A stretch of DNA of 64,000 bases from Flavobacterium sp. (GCA_040119075.1 JBEDTP010000030.1:1982-65981), one strand, 5' to 3'. Shown: positions 37,504 through 48,198, numbered from the stretch's first letter. The notes: generated by a model not told the origin, from the letters alone. Translations and numbers: made by a program.

Positions 37504-40500
37504 TTATCGAATTAAACTAAAATGAGACTTAAACTCTTTTCGGATGTTATTTTCTGTATACTCAATTCTAAACCAATAATCCGTTGATGGTAATAACTGA
37601 CCGTTAAATGTACCATTCCATCCAATTCCACCAGGGCTAATTTGTTTTAAAAACTTTCCAAATCTATCGTATATAAAAATTTTAGCAGCATAACTGTCAT
37701 CTAAACCAAAAATGTTCCATGTGTCATGATAACCATCTCCATTTGGAGTGAAATAGTTAGGATAAGTTACCGCAAATAAATTTGAAACAGATAATATATC
37801 ACAACCTTGTAAGTCTCTTACATACACTGTATAGGTTCCGTTTTCTAAGTCAGTAAAAATAGGGCTTGACTGCCAATCTATTAAATTTAAACTGTATTCA
37901 TATATTCCAAAACCTCCAGTTGCTAAACACTCAATTGTAGTTAAACCTGATGAAAAAGCCGGTGTAACAACACTTGCAGTAAAAGTAGCAGGCTCTGACG
38001 AAAATGTGGCAGTTATACTATCAAAATTTTGACAACCTGTAGTAGTATTTGTAACAATTACCGAATAAACACCTCCTTGTGTAATATTATATAAGGCACT
38101 TTCATTTCCAAAAGCATCAACATTAGTATTGGTTGGTGTCCATGTATATGAAAAGTTACCACTGCTATTTGGTGTAGCATCAATCGTTTCTAATCCAACT
38201 CCGGTTATTGGGTCAACACAAAGCGTAAAATTGTCACCAAGGTCAAATTCAGGTAATGGATTCACTACTAAATGTAGTTCTTTAATTCCTTTACAACCGG
38301 TATCGTTATTTAAACGACTATCAACTCTTGCCCAAATAGATTGAGTATTAGCAGTGATATTTCTATAATCAGATGTATTAAGAATTGGATTTAAAATTAA
38401 TAATGCATCATTATATGATTCATAATATGTTATTATTAAGAAAGGTTGTTGTCCTGCAGGAAATACATTTTTAATTAATTGCGTAAAGCCAGTCTCAATA
38501 TCAAAATTATCAAAACCATCATTGTCTAAATTTGAGGTATCTACATAATCATCGCACTCTTCTAAAGGAGCAGGATTGAATGATGCAGGTATTTGTGTAG
38601 TAGAAACAATCAAATTTACTTTTGTAACCCTAAAACAACCATGACTTGTCTCGCTTCGTGCCCAAACTACGCTTCCATTTGAAGCATAATAATTTAAATC
38701 GTTAGCGACTAAATTTGTATTATTATTTGCACCTAATTGTGATGTATGATAGGTAAATGTTAAGTTGGTGTCATTAGAAATAATGTTATTAGCATCTGTT
38801 AAATTAAAATTTGTATTTGCATCAGTATCATCATCACATTGCTTTAAAGATACTTCATTCAAAGTGACGGGTAACGGATTAACAATTAAATTAAACGAAG
38901 CAACAGTAAAACACCCCGAACTAGTATTTGTTAGTCTTGTATATATTAAAGTATTAGCGGTATGAATTGAAGTAATAGCATTTAAATTTGCAATAGCATC
39001 ACTCTGTAATACATGATATGTAACAGCTACACCTGCTTGTCCATTTAATATTTCGGTTGTTTTATTGTTTAAGTTAAAAGTAGTTTCTCCATTTGTGTCT
39101 GAGCTATCAACTAATGTATTATCACATAATTCAAAATCAGAAATTGTTGGTGCTATTGGAGTATTATTAATTGTTACAGTAATAGTAGCTGAAACTTCGT
39201 CACAGATATCATTTGAAGGAATTACATAAGAATAGTTTCCACTTAAATCAGTATTCGGATTTAAGTTGCTATTTGTTCTTGGGGTTCCATTATATGTCCA
39301 TGAACCTCCAGGAGTTACATTGCTCCCTAATAAAGTAGCTAAATCAATTGAATTATCAGTATTACAAATATTCAATACAGATGAAACACCTGGGTTTGGA
39401 CCTACTTGTGTTGTTACATTTACATTAATATCTGTTCTTAAAGATTGTCCGTCACAAGTAATTGTAAATGAATAAGTATATAACCCTATAGGGTCTGTAT
39501 TAGCATCAAAAATACCATTATTTGGGACTCTAGGTACTCCTTCAAAATACCAATCACCACCAAGTTCAGGATTTCCGTTAATTTTATCAAATAAATCAAC
39601 AATGCTATTTGTACAAATTATAACATCAGTATCTTCTGGGGTACTCCCAAAACCAGAGTAATAACCAGAAAAACCAGCAGAACCAGAAAATCCAAAAACA
39701 CCAACTGCTAACGGCCCAGTAGAGCTAACAACAACATTTCCTGAAACATTTGGGATTCTATAAGTAACCCAATTTAGGTTGCCTAAAACTGCTTGTGGGA
39801 GTGCAGTTGTGTTAACACCATTAATAGAAACTGTTGAACCTGTAGTAGTTAAGGCAAAAATATCACTTGAATAATTTGTTCCGCCAATTGTATCAACAAA
39901 AGGAATTAAATCAACGCTTTTCTGAAAAAAACAACTTAGTGGAGGAATAAAGTTTAAACCTGTAGTAGCGTCACTAACACTTCCTGCTAATATTTGATAT
40001 AGGTAAATAGGTTTACTACTTGTAATATACATATTTTTAGAAGTTGTTCCTTGAAAATTATTGTTAGGAACTAAAAGTGAGTTTCCAGCATTCAATGTTG
40101 CGATTGGAGTTGGGTTCCCATTTACATAGACCTGCGTATTGTCTTCAGTAGCAATTACTAAAGGAAATTCTGAATTATCACTACCGTTTCCTCTTACAAC
40201 AATATATTCTGTACCAACTTTCTCAACAGGTACAATTTGATCTAAATTAAAATCCTGTCCATCATTTTGTGTTAACATACCTCCAGTTGCATTTCCAGTA
40301 CTAACAGCTATCGGTTTGTCTGAGGTAAGTAAAGCACCAACAAAACCTTGTAGGTTTGCTGAGATATCAGTATAACCAGATATTACAACACTTTGTCCTT
40401 TGTTTAAAGAAAAGTTTTGAAAATTATCGGTTACGTCTCCAGCACCAGAAGTAAATACAACATTTGGATCATAATTTGATAATGTAACGTTTGTTCCGTC

Positions 40501-40995
40501 CTCTGTTGCCATAAAACTCGAAACAAAATTTCGTATTCCTCCATTAAAATTTTGAGGGAGACTTCCTAGTCTAAACGCATTTCCTATTCCAGTTTTCCCT
40601 TTAGAAACTAACATTTCAGCATGAAAATCAGCTTTTACTTTGAAACTCACATAAAATTCTTTACTGGCTTGAAAAATTAACCCTTTATCTGATTTGACAA
40701 TATTTACATCACTTTGATTTAGAAACATTACTGAGGGTTGCCCGTTACCAACTGTAACGCTAACAGGATTTCCTTGTGAGATAGTAAATGGCGACCCATT
40801 AATTGGCACACCAGCGCCATTGGTAACAGTAACTTGAAATGGAGTTGGTTCGGGTGTAGATAAATATATTAAATGCTGTCCTACAAAACTACTTCCGTCT
40901 CTAGCATGCAAAGGTGGTAACCAATGTTTGTTGCTAAGTTGAGAAATGGCTAAGTTGCTAATTAATAATATTGCAAGTAATTGAATGCGTTTCAT
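37504..40995 (-). CDS. T9SS type B secreted protein with IgGFc-binding-like N-terminal domain
   Basis: SDKPIAV...DQIVPVEKVGTEY...IATEDNTQV; CDD...FNL repeats; CTD YPNYFTPNGDGYHDTW...IYDRFGK...LPSTDYWF...SHFSLIR. Confidence 0.9.
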   Translation of the reverse strand: MKRIQLLAILLISNLAISQLSNKHWLPPLHARDGSSFVGQHLIYLSTPEPTPFQVTVTNGAGVPINGSPFTISQGNPVSVTVGNGQPSVMFLNQSDVNIVKSDKGLIFQASKEFYVSFKVKADFHAEMLVSKGKTGIGNAFRLGSLPQNFNGGIRNFVSSFMATEDGTNVTLSNYDPNVVFTSGAGDVTDNFQNFSLNKGQSVVISGYTDISANLQGFVGALLTSDKPIAVSTGNATGGMLTQNDGQDFNLDQIVPVEKVGTEYIVVRGNGSDNSEFPLVIATEDNTQVYVNGNPTPIATLNAGNSLLVPNNNFQGTTSKNMYITSSKPIYLYQILAGSVSDATTGLNFIPPLSCFFQKSVDLIPFVDTIGGTNYSSDIFALTTTGSTVSINGVNTTALPQAVLGNLNWVTYRIPNVSGNVVVSSTGPLAVGVFGFSGSAGFSGYYSGFGSTPEDTDVIICTNSIVDLFDKINGNPELGGDWYFEGVPRVPNNGIFDANTDPIGLYTYSFTITCDGQSLRTDINVNVTTQVGPNPGVSSVLNICNTDNSIDLATLLGSNVTPGGSWTYNGTPRTNSNLNPNTDLSGNYSYVIPSNDICDEVSATITVTINNTPIAPTISDFELCDNTLVDSSDTNGETTFNLNNKTTEILNGQAGVAVTYHVLQSDAIANLNAITSIHTANTLIYTRLTNTSSGCFTVASFNLIVNPLPVTLNEVSLKQCDDDTDANTNFNLTDANNIISNDTNLTFTYHTSQLGANNNTNLVANDLNYYASNGSVVWARSETSHGCFRVTKVNLIVSTTQIPASFNPAPLEECDDYVDTSNLDNDGFDNFDIETGFTQLIKNVFPAGQQPFLIITYYESYNDALLILNPILNTSDYRNITANTQSIWARVDSRLNNDTGCKGIKELHLVVNPLPEFDLGDNFTLCVDPITGVGLETIDATPNSSGNFSYTWTPTNTNVDAFGNESALYNITQGGVYSVIVTNTTTGCQNFDSITATFSSEPATFTASVVTPAFSSGLTTIECLATGGFGIYEYSLNLIDWQSSPIFTDLENGTYTVYVRDLQGCDILSVSNLFAVTYPNYFTPNGDGYHDTWNIFGLDDSYAAKIFIYDRFGKFLKQISPGGIGWNGTFNGQLLPSTDYWFRIEYTENNIRKEFKSHFSLIR

Positions 40996-41060
40996 TTGGG
41001 TTTATTTTCGAATAAAAACGTAAAATTAATTAGATTATTAGAATAATTCTAAATAATTAA

Positions 41061-44000
41061 CTAAAAATATGCCCTTAATTGAATATTTCCTATATGAATG
41101 GTGTTACTTGTTTCAGATTTTCTGCCTTGATAATTAATATTTATATCTAAATACTCTGTAATATTCTTTTGTAAAAGTAAACGCCAAACTCCATTTTTAC
41201 CGTTTTGCAATCCTTTAAGCATTTGAAATCCAACTGGAGAAGTTGCGTTTCCTGTAAAATCATTATCATAATATGCGTATTCTCCATTTATTGAAAAACC
41301 TTTTTCACTGTTAAATGTAAAGGATGTTCCAAATTTATTTTGGGTTGCTTGTTCCAATAAATTTATCGTGTTTTCTTGATTTTTAAATTCGTAAAAAACA
41401 TCTAAACTTGCATTTTTAGAAAATAAATAAGAAATTTTTGGAGCCAATTCATAGCTGTTTATAAAATAATTACGAGTAGCGTAATTGTCTGAAATACTTT
41501 CTGAAGTTCCTATTGAACTGTTTAATTGTAACAACCAACTCTTTTTCAACAAATGCATATACTGTAATTGATGTGAACGCAAATTATTTTCTTGAGTACC
41601 AATGCTTAATAAATTTTTTATTGAATTGGTTAGATATGAATAAGTAGTTGAATGTTTTTGTTTTCCTCGATTATAATATAAATTGTTTCTAAAAGAGTTA
41701 TTTTGCCCTAATATATTTTCATTTGAACTATCAAATGGATTAAGGTTAAATGCATTTGAATTGCGAATGTTTTTTCGTTCAACTAATAATGACGTTTGGT
41801 TGTAAAAATGAGAAGCAAATTTTTTAAAACCTGTTTCGTTTTGCCAAACTAAACCATTAAAAATCACAGATTGTGAAAACTTGTTTTTATTGGTTTTAAC
41901 AAAAACTTGGTTGGGTAAAAAGACTCTAACATATTTTGCTTGATCGGGAAACGGAGCTATTTCAAATTCTTGAAGTTCCTGAATTCCGTTATTGTTATAA
42001 TCATTCCAAGCATAAATTCCTTGACCAGGTTCTACTTCTAGATATGTAAATTCTTGTTGTGCAATTGTTCCGGAAGTAGTTTCGTAAACTGTTGTTAGTT
42101 GAACTAATTGTTTGAATAAATTAGTATTGTATAAGATTCTTGAGTTTAATGAAGGTTCGTTTTCTCTGTTATCTTCATATTTTAAGTTTCTATAATTGAT
42201 AAAAACACTTAAATTGCTTTGGTCGTTTTTAATTAATTGAGATTTTAAATAATATGAATTTGACTGATTTACTTTTTTCAAAAATCCACTTTGCAAACTA
42301 TCATTTACTCGGTTTAAGTAACCTAATTCTACAAACACTTTAGTAGAATCTCCACGACCTACAAAAGCACCAACTTCAGAAAAGCGCTGACTTAAATTAC
42401 TCAACGCATTTGTGCTCATTAGGGTTTCCTTATTGTTTTCATGTCTAAAAGTTCCTCCAATCCAATTTTTATTGAAATGATATTTCAGTTGATTTTGAGT
42501 TCTAAAGAACTTAGATTCTGCATAAGAACCATCACTATTTAAAATACTGGTTTCGGTATTTAAAACACTTTTTTTATGTTTTAATAATCCAGAAACATTA
42601 TGTTTATTTCCTGAAAAAGTTTCAGAGAAATCTAATTTTTCAAATTGATATTTTACAAAACCATTCTTTTTCAAATTAAAATTTAAACCGCTAGAAATTA
42701 AACTTTGGTTTCCCAATGGATTCGTTAAATTCCAATCTCTATTAAACTCAATTGTAAACAAGCGTTCAATGCTTCTAAAATCTTTTTGAATAAATTGAAT
42801 GTTTGCAAATGCATCAATATCTATTTTTCCACTATGAATTCGTTGGTTCGCATTTAGTTTTCCCGCAACTCCTTTATTATCATTATCATCAATATCTGAA
42901 TATAGGTTTCTGTCATTATTACTAACGGCAACTTCAAAATCTACACTTGTTTTTTCAGTAGGTGTATAACTTCCTAAAACAGTTGCTATTTGAATTTTTG
43001 TAGGCGCAATTAATGGAATAGTTGGTTCAAAATTTCCTTGAGGAACACCTGCAATAGGCGCAATGTATTCATAAATTTTACCAACAGTATTATTATTGCT
43101 TAAAATATAATTACCAAGATTATTTCCTACGAATGTAAATCTAACATTGTATAATTCATCTGTTTCGTCATTTGAAAAAACAAAGGCTTCAACTGCGCCA
43201 ATAAATTCTTTTTTGTATAAAATTTTATTATCAGAATACGAATCTAAATAAGCAGATGGAGCTGTCATTAAAGAATTGTCATCTCCAGCATTTTCTAAAA
43301 TAACAACCTGTTCAGCCGATAAATTTTGTTGTAAAGGTTGGTTTTTTACATCATTTTCAGAATAAATAAATCCGCCAATTTTAAATTTTTCTTGTTCGTG
43401 CGTTATTCCACCATAGGTTACAAAACGCGTAAAATTTCTATCGGTATATTGATATTCTATGTTAATTCTCATCTCGGAATTTATGGGAAAAACCGAATTA
43501 AAAATTACTTCACCAGCGTTATAATCAATAATATAATCGTTGTTTTCGCCGCGTTCAAGTAAAATACCATTTACATAAACACGTTCAGAACCAGAAATAA
43601 CTAAAACATATAATTCGCCATTATTTCCTCTTAATTTATACGGACCTTGATTTCCTTCCTGACCTGTAAATGTGCTTCTTGCATATTGACCACGGACTAA
43701 AGCAGCCGATGCAAAAATATCCGTCTTTTTTTCAGGTGTGCCTAATGTGAAATGCGTAGAAAGTCCTTGAACTTTTTTATTGAAGTTTAGAAATTGTGAT
43801 TGTCTATTCTCTAAAAACAAGTCTCCCGCTCTAATATTCCAATTTTCTGAAAACAATTCGATAAAAATTTGATCAAATTCGTCTAATTTTTGTGAATAAC
43901 CACCGTCTTGCAAGGGAATATTGCTATCCTGAATAGAAGCACGAAGACTAACTTTGTCTGAAATTTTTCCTGTAATTTGTAAATCTAAATTGGAATTTAC

Positions 44001-44459
44001 AACTGTATTTTGATTGTTTCCAACGCTAATCCCACGTGAAATACTTCCGGAAGTGGTTAGCCCATCAAAAGGTTTAAATGTGTTTTTTGTTTCGCTTTTT
44101 ATGGTGTAAAGTTTTCCCGCCTCATTTGAAACCACTTTGTCATCATCGTAAATAGAATAAGTTTTGGTTAAAAATTCAGGAAATTTTAAATAGCGAATAG
44201 TTAAAGAATCATTCGAACTAAAACCTTCTTTAAATACTAGTGTGCTTTTTTTAAAGTCTACTTGATAATTTGTTGAATCAATAGGGTTTCCACCTTTGTC
44301 TACTATTTTAAAGAAAGCTTTGTTAATGCTTACTTTCTCAATAAAAATAGTGTCTTTTGAAACGGCAATTTTTTTAGATTTATAAGGTGTTTCTATTTCT
44401 TGGGCAAATATGCCAGAAACAAAAAACAGAAAAACCCATAAAATCCATCTTTGTGCCAT
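41061..44459 (-). CDS. Large uncharacterised outer-membrane protein (probable beta-barrel)
   Basis: Signal peptide, SGSISRG, GNQGPY.L, GSERVYVNG...DYIIDYNAGEV, C-terminal QLRAYF beta-signal. Confidence 0.8.
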   Translation of the reverse strand: MAQRWILWVFLFFVSGIFAQEIETPYKSKKIAVSKDTIFIEKVSINKAFFKIVDKGGNPIDSTNYQVDFKKSTLVFKEGFSSNDSLTIRYLKFPEFLTKTYSIYDDDKVVSNEAGKLYTIKSETKNTFKPFDGLTTSGSISRGISVGNNQNTVVNSNLDLQITGKISDKVSLRASIQDSNIPLQDGGYSQKLDEFDQIFIELFSENWNIRAGDLFLENRQSQFLNFNKKVQGLSTHFTLGTPEKKTDIFASAALVRGQYARSTFTGQEGNQGPYKLRGNNGELYVLVISGSERVYVNGILLERGENNDYIIDYNAGEVIFNSVFPINSEMRINIEYQYTDRNFTRFVTYGGITHEQEKFKIGGFIYSENDVKNQPLQQNLSAEQVVILENAGDDNSLMTAPSAYLDSYSDNKILYKKEFIGAVEAFVFSNDETDELYNVRFTFVGNNLGNYILSNNNTVGKIYEYIAPIAGVPQGNFEPTIPLIAPTKIQIATVLGSYTPTEKTSVDFEVAVSNNDRNLYSDIDDNDNKGVAGKLNANQRIHSGKIDIDAFANIQFIQKDFRSIERLFTIEFNRDWNLTNPLGNQSLISSGLNFNLKKNGFVKYQFEKLDFSETFSGNKHNVSGLLKHKKSVLNTETSILNSDGSYAESKFFRTQNQLKYHFNKNWIGGTFRHENNKETLMSTNALSNLSQRFSEVGAFVGRGDSTKVFVELGYLNRVNDSLQSGFLKKVNQSNSYYLKSQLIKNDQSNLSVFINYRNLKYEDNRENEPSLNSRILYNTNLFKQLVQLTTVYETTSGTIAQQEFTYLEVEPGQGIYAWNDYNNNGIQELQEFEIAPFPDQAKYVRVFLPNQVFVKTNKNKFSQSVIFNGLVWQNETGFKKFASHFYNQTSLLVERKNIRNSNAFNLNPFDSSNENILGQNNSFRNNLYYNRGKQKHSTTYSYLTNSIKNLLSIGTQENNLRSHQLQYMHLLKKSWLLQLNSSIGTSESISDNYATRNYFINSYELAPKISYLFSKNASLDVFYEFKNQENTINLLEQATQNKFGTSFTFNSEKGFSINGEYAYYDNDFTGNATSPVGFQMLKGLQNGKNGVWRLLLQKNITEYLDININYQGRKSETSNTIHIGNIQLRAYF

Positions 44460-44563
44460 AAATACTATAACTCCTATTTTTCAAAAGTAGTATTTATTGT
44501 TGGAATGATTTCTTCCTGCACTTAGAATAAATAATTAAGTGAATTAATTTTATGGATTAAATT

Positions 44564-45154
44564 TTACTTAAGTAAAGTTACATGTCCGGTTTTAGTGTGT
44601 TTTTTGTCAACTGAAACAACTACACTACACACACCATTTGCACAACAACTACTCGATGAAGAGTCCGTTCTAGAACCTCGCTCTTCACTGCTTTGTTCAC
44701 CAGTAAATTTTACACCTTCCTCAACTTTCCAGCTGAATTTGTATACTTCAATTCCGTCTCCATCAGCATCTCCTCCTAGTTTTTCCATACTAACTTCCTT
44801 GTAAACCCTCATAGGTTTATGTTGTCTTTTACCAGTTGCTAATCCAGTTGCTGCATCACGTTTTGTTAATTTAGTGGGACTTTCTCGTATTTCGGACGGA
44901 CTCTCTATTGTTACAGTAACCATAGACTCAGGAGATAACTCTGTCCAATCATCAATTGCCATGGTTTTAGCTTCTGTACAACCAGAACTACTTGTGATTA
45001 TAATTAAAGGTGGGCTATTGGGAAAAACAATCGCACACGTTCCGTCTTCTGATTTACTTTGATAGATCTTCACCTTATTTTCTTGTGAAAAAGCAATAAA
45101 CTGACCAAAAATAAGGAGACATCCTACAAATAATGATTTAATTTTATTTTTCAT
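44564..45154 (-). CDS. Secreted hypothetical protein with Hcp-like motif
   Basis: Signal peptide (AFS-Q); RDAATGLATGKRQHKP; C-terminal KTGHVTLLK. Confidence 0.75.
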   Translation of the reverse strand: MKNKIKSLFVGCLLIFGQFIAFSQENKVKIYQSKSEDGTCAIVFPNSPPLIIITSSSGCTEAKTMAIDDWTELSPESMVTVTIESPSEIRESPTKLTKRDAATGLATGKRQHKPMRVYKEVSMEKLGGDADGDGIEVYKFSWKVEEGVKFTGEQSSEERGSRTDSSSSSCCANGVCSVVVSVDKKHTKTGHVTLLK

Positions 45155-45262
45155 AATAACTCAATTTAAGGGATTAAGTTATATAAAATTACAAATATTA
45201 AATAATTGTTTCTCAATGTAGTACTTCTTTTTGGCGGTACTTATAGTCCCTTTGTCGAAAAA

Positions 45263-46516
45263 CTATTCTTTTGTAACAATTTGCATTGTTTCTCGTGAAA
45301 TTTGTTTCAATAAAACTGTTTTGTTGTTTTCTACAATTTCAGTTACTTTTTCATCAAAATGTCTAATGGTATAAAGCGACACATTTTCGTTATAAGTAAC
45401 TTTAAACCTTTTAGACAAAATATTTTTCACTTCCATGAAGTTATTGAATTTATCTTCAATACAAACAGAAAAACTAATGGCTGAATTTTGAATAAGGTTT
45501 ACTTTTAATTTGTGTTGATGAAAAAGCGCAAAAATTTCACTGATGTGCTCTTCCATAATAAATGAAAAATCTAACGAAGAAAGTGAAAGTAATAACTGTC
45601 CTTTTTTAACAATATAACAAGGAATATGTGGTTCTAAATCAGCTCCGCGAGAAACACTTGTTCCTGCTAAAAGCGGATTAACAAACGATTTTACATATAA
45701 AGGAATTTCCTTTTTTTGAAGCGGTTGTAATGTTTTTGGATGTATGACACTTGCGCCGTAAAAAGCCAATTCAATTGCTTCTCTATATGAAATTTGATTC
45801 AGTAAAATTGCATTTTCAAAATAGCGAGGATCGGCATTTAAAACTCCTGGTACATCTTTCCAAATCGTAACACTTTCTGCACCTAAACTATAAGCAAAAA
45901 TGGCAGCAGTATAATCGGAACCTTCACGACCTAAAGTTGTTGTGAAGTTGTTTTCGTCGGCACCTATAAATCCTTGTGTAATATTTAAAGTATTCTTTTT
46001 TATGTTTTTTGTAATTCTTTTTTGAGTGGCTTCCCAGTCTACATTTGCGTCTCTGTATGTATTGTCTGTTTTAATAAGATTTCTAACGTCAATCCAATTG
46101 TTTTTTATTCCTTTTTCATTAAAATAAGCACTCACAATTGTGGTAGATAAAAGTTCTCCATAACTTACAATTTGATCATAAACAAAATTGTAATTTGGCG
46201 ACTTATTGCTTCTTATGAAATATTCTAAATCTTCAAAATGATTGTTTACCGCATAAAAAGCATCGTGTTCTTCATCATCAAATAAGTCTAATAAAATTTG
46301 ATTGTGGTATTTTTTTACTTCTTGAATAGACGATTGTAGTGCTGGAGATTTGTCAAAATAATTTTTAATTACTTCTTCAAAAGCATTGGTTGTTTTACCC
46401 ATTGCAGAAATAATAATCAAGACATTTTCATGTCCTACTTTTTGCATTACATCTAAAACATTTTTTACGCCGTCAGCATCTTTCACAGAAGCTCCACCAA
46501 ATTTAAATATTTTCAT
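45263..46516 (-). CDS. lysC: Aspartate kinase
   Basis: KFGGASV, SAMGKTTN, TTLGREGSDYTA, WKDVPG.LNADP, GASVIHPKT. Confidence 0.95.
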   Translation of the reverse strand: MKIFKFGGASVKDADGVKNVLDVMQKVGHENVLIIISAMGKTTNAFEEVIKNYFDKSPALQSSIQEVKKYHNQILLDLFDDEEHDAFYAVNNHFEDLEYFIRSNKSPNYNFVYDQIVSYGELLSTTIVSAYFNEKGIKNNWIDVRNLIKTDNTYRDANVDWEATQKRITKNIKKNTLNITQGFIGADENNFTTTLGREGSDYTAAIFAYSLGAESVTIWKDVPGVLNADPRYFENAILLNQISYREAIELAFYGASVIHPKTLQPLQKKEIPLYVKSFVNPLLAGTSVSRGADLEPHIPCYIVKKGQLLLSLSSLDFSFIMEEHISEIFALFHQHKLKVNLIQNSAISFSVCIEDKFNNFMEVKNILSKRFKVTYNENVSLYTIRHFDEKVTEIVENNKTVLLKQISRETMQIVTKE

Positions 46517-46521
46517 TTTTA

Positions 46522-46547
46522 TGTCATTACGAGGAACGAAGTAATCT
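46522..46547 (+). repeat. Solo TGTC-tagged REP-like palindrome
   Basis: TGTC-ATTAC-GAGGAACGAA-GTAAT-CT; same layout as the repeats at 21.7-22.2 kb. Confidence 0.6.
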
Positions 46548-46554
46548 TATCCTC

Positions 46555-47028
46555 TTAGTTATTTTTTACAAAAGATTCAATGCCTGCTTCATCCATTTGC
46601 ACCACATACCAATCTTCTAATATTTTTGCGCCTGATTTTTTATAGAAATCAATAGCATTTGTATTCCAATCTAAAACGTTCCATTCAATTCTTCTCACAT
46701 TGTCTTTTTTACCTTGTTTAATGATTTCGCTATACAAAGCAATTCCTGCTCCGGTTCCTCGAGCCGATTCTTTAACTACTAAATCTTCCAAATGAATGGT
46801 TTTTCCTTTCCAAGTAGAATATCTATAATAATAAAGCGCTATTCCGATAATTTCGTTATCTCTTTCAGCAATAAAAGTATGAAAAAGAGGTTGTTCAGAA
46901 AAACCATCACGTATTAAATCATTAACAGTTACTACAACTGCATCTGGTTCTTTTTCAAATATTGCAAGCTCAATGATTAAGTCTAAAACAGCTTGCATGT
47001 CTTTTGGTTCTCCTTTTCGTATAATCAT
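46555..47028 (-). CDS. GNAT acetyltransferase (diamine acetyltransferase-like)
   Basis: ELAIFEK, YSTWKGK.IHLEDL.V...RG.G.G, VLDWN..AI.FY. Confidence 0.92.
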   Translation of the reverse strand: MIIRKGEPKDMQAVLDLIIELAIFEKEPDAVVVTVNDLIRDGFSEQPLFHTFIAERDNEIIGIALYYYRYSTWKGKTIHLEDLVVKESARGTGAGIALYSEIIKQGKKDNVRRIEWNVLDWNTNAIDFYKKSGAKILEDWYVVQMDEAGIESFVKNN

Positions 47029-47149
47029 TTGGGTAAAGATTTATTTATGATGTACAAAAATAAGATTCTGATAAACATATACCGAAATAATTTACTCATT
47101 TCACAAAAAACACGATATTTGTAGCATAACACAACAACATATAGTACTA

Positions 47150-48154
47150 ATGGAAGAAAGAAATACCACTTTAGGCGAATTTATTATTGAAAATCAAACC
47201 TCATTTCAATATTCAACTGGAGAATTGTCGAGAATAATTAACTCTATTCGTTTGGCGGCTAAAGTAGTTAACTACAAAGTTAATAAAGCAGGATTAGTAG
47301 ATATAGTTGGTGCCGCTGGAGAACAAAACATCCAAGGAGAAGATCAACAAAAGCTAGATGTTTATGCAAACGAAGTGTTTATTCAAACATTGATTAATAG
47401 AGAAATTGTTTGCGGAATTGCTTCTGAAGAAAATGATGATTTTATTACTGTTGCAGGTTCAGATAACAGTCATAATAATAAATATGTTGTCTTAATGGAT
47501 CCATTAGATGGGTCTTCAAATATTGATGTAAATGTTTCTGTAGGAACTATTTTTTCAGTTTTCAGAAGAGTTTCTCCCGTAGGAACACCAGTAACTGAAG
47601 CAGATTTTTTACAACCCGGAACAGAACAAGTTGCTGCAGGTTATGTAATTTACGGCACATCAACAATGATTGTTTACACTACTGGTCATGGCGTAAATGG
47701 ATTTACATTGAATCCAGCGATTGGAACATTTTATTTATCACATCCAAACATGCAATTTTCTAAAGACGGAAATATCTATTCTATCAATGAAGGAAATTAT
47801 ATTCATTTTCCACAAGGGGTAAAAAATTATTTGAAATATTGCCAAGAAGAAGAAGGAGATAGACCGTATACATCTAGATATATAGGAAGTTTAGTTTCTG
47901 ATTTTCACAGAAATATGATTAAAGGTGGAATTTATATTTACCCTACAAGTTCAAAATCACCAAAAGGTAAATTAAGACTATTGTACGAATGTAATCCTAT
48001 GGCTTTTTTAGCAGAACAAGCAGGCGGGAAAGCATCAGACGGTTATAATCGAATTATGGAAATTCAACCAACCGAACTGCACCAAAGAGTTCCATTCTTT
48101 TGCGGAAGTTTTAATATGGTAGAAAAAGCAGAAGAGTTTATGAAGAATTCATAA
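47150..48154 (+). CDS. fbp: Class 1 fructose-1,6-bisphosphatase
   Basis: [44 protein letters not shown]. Confidence 0.97.
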   Translation: MEERNTTLGEFIIENQTSFQYSTGELSRIINSIRLAAKVVNYKVNKAGLVDIVGAAGEQNIQGEDQQKLDVYANEVFIQTLINREIVCGIASEENDDFITVAGSDNSHNNKYVVLMDPLDGSSNIDVNVSVGTIFSVFRRVSPVGTPVTEADFLQPGTEQVAAGYVIYGTSTMIVYTTGHGVNGFTLNPAIGTFYLSHPNMQFSKDGNIYSINEGNYIHFPQGVKNYLKYCQEEEGDRPYTSRYIGSLVSDFHRNMIKGGIYIYPTSSKSPKGKLRLLYECNPMAFLAEQAGGKASDGYNRIMEIQPTELHQRVPFFCGSFNMVEKAEEFMKNS

Positions 48155-48158
48155 CAAT

Positions 48159-48198
48159 AAAAAAAGCCCCTCATTTAATAGTGAAGGGCTTTTTTTTT
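48159..48198. terminator. Bidirectional terminator
   Basis: A7-GCCC...GGGC-T9 between convergent fbp and terB-like genes. Confidence 0.82.

Noticed and set aside
44564-45154. A bona fide T6SS Hcp/TssD gene
   Set aside because: Only a ~20-aa segment resembles Hcp, the protein has a signal peptide, and there are no sheath, VgrG or baseplate genes nearby.
46517-46554. Lysine riboswitch upstream of lysC
   Set aside because: The gap is only 38 bp, far too short.
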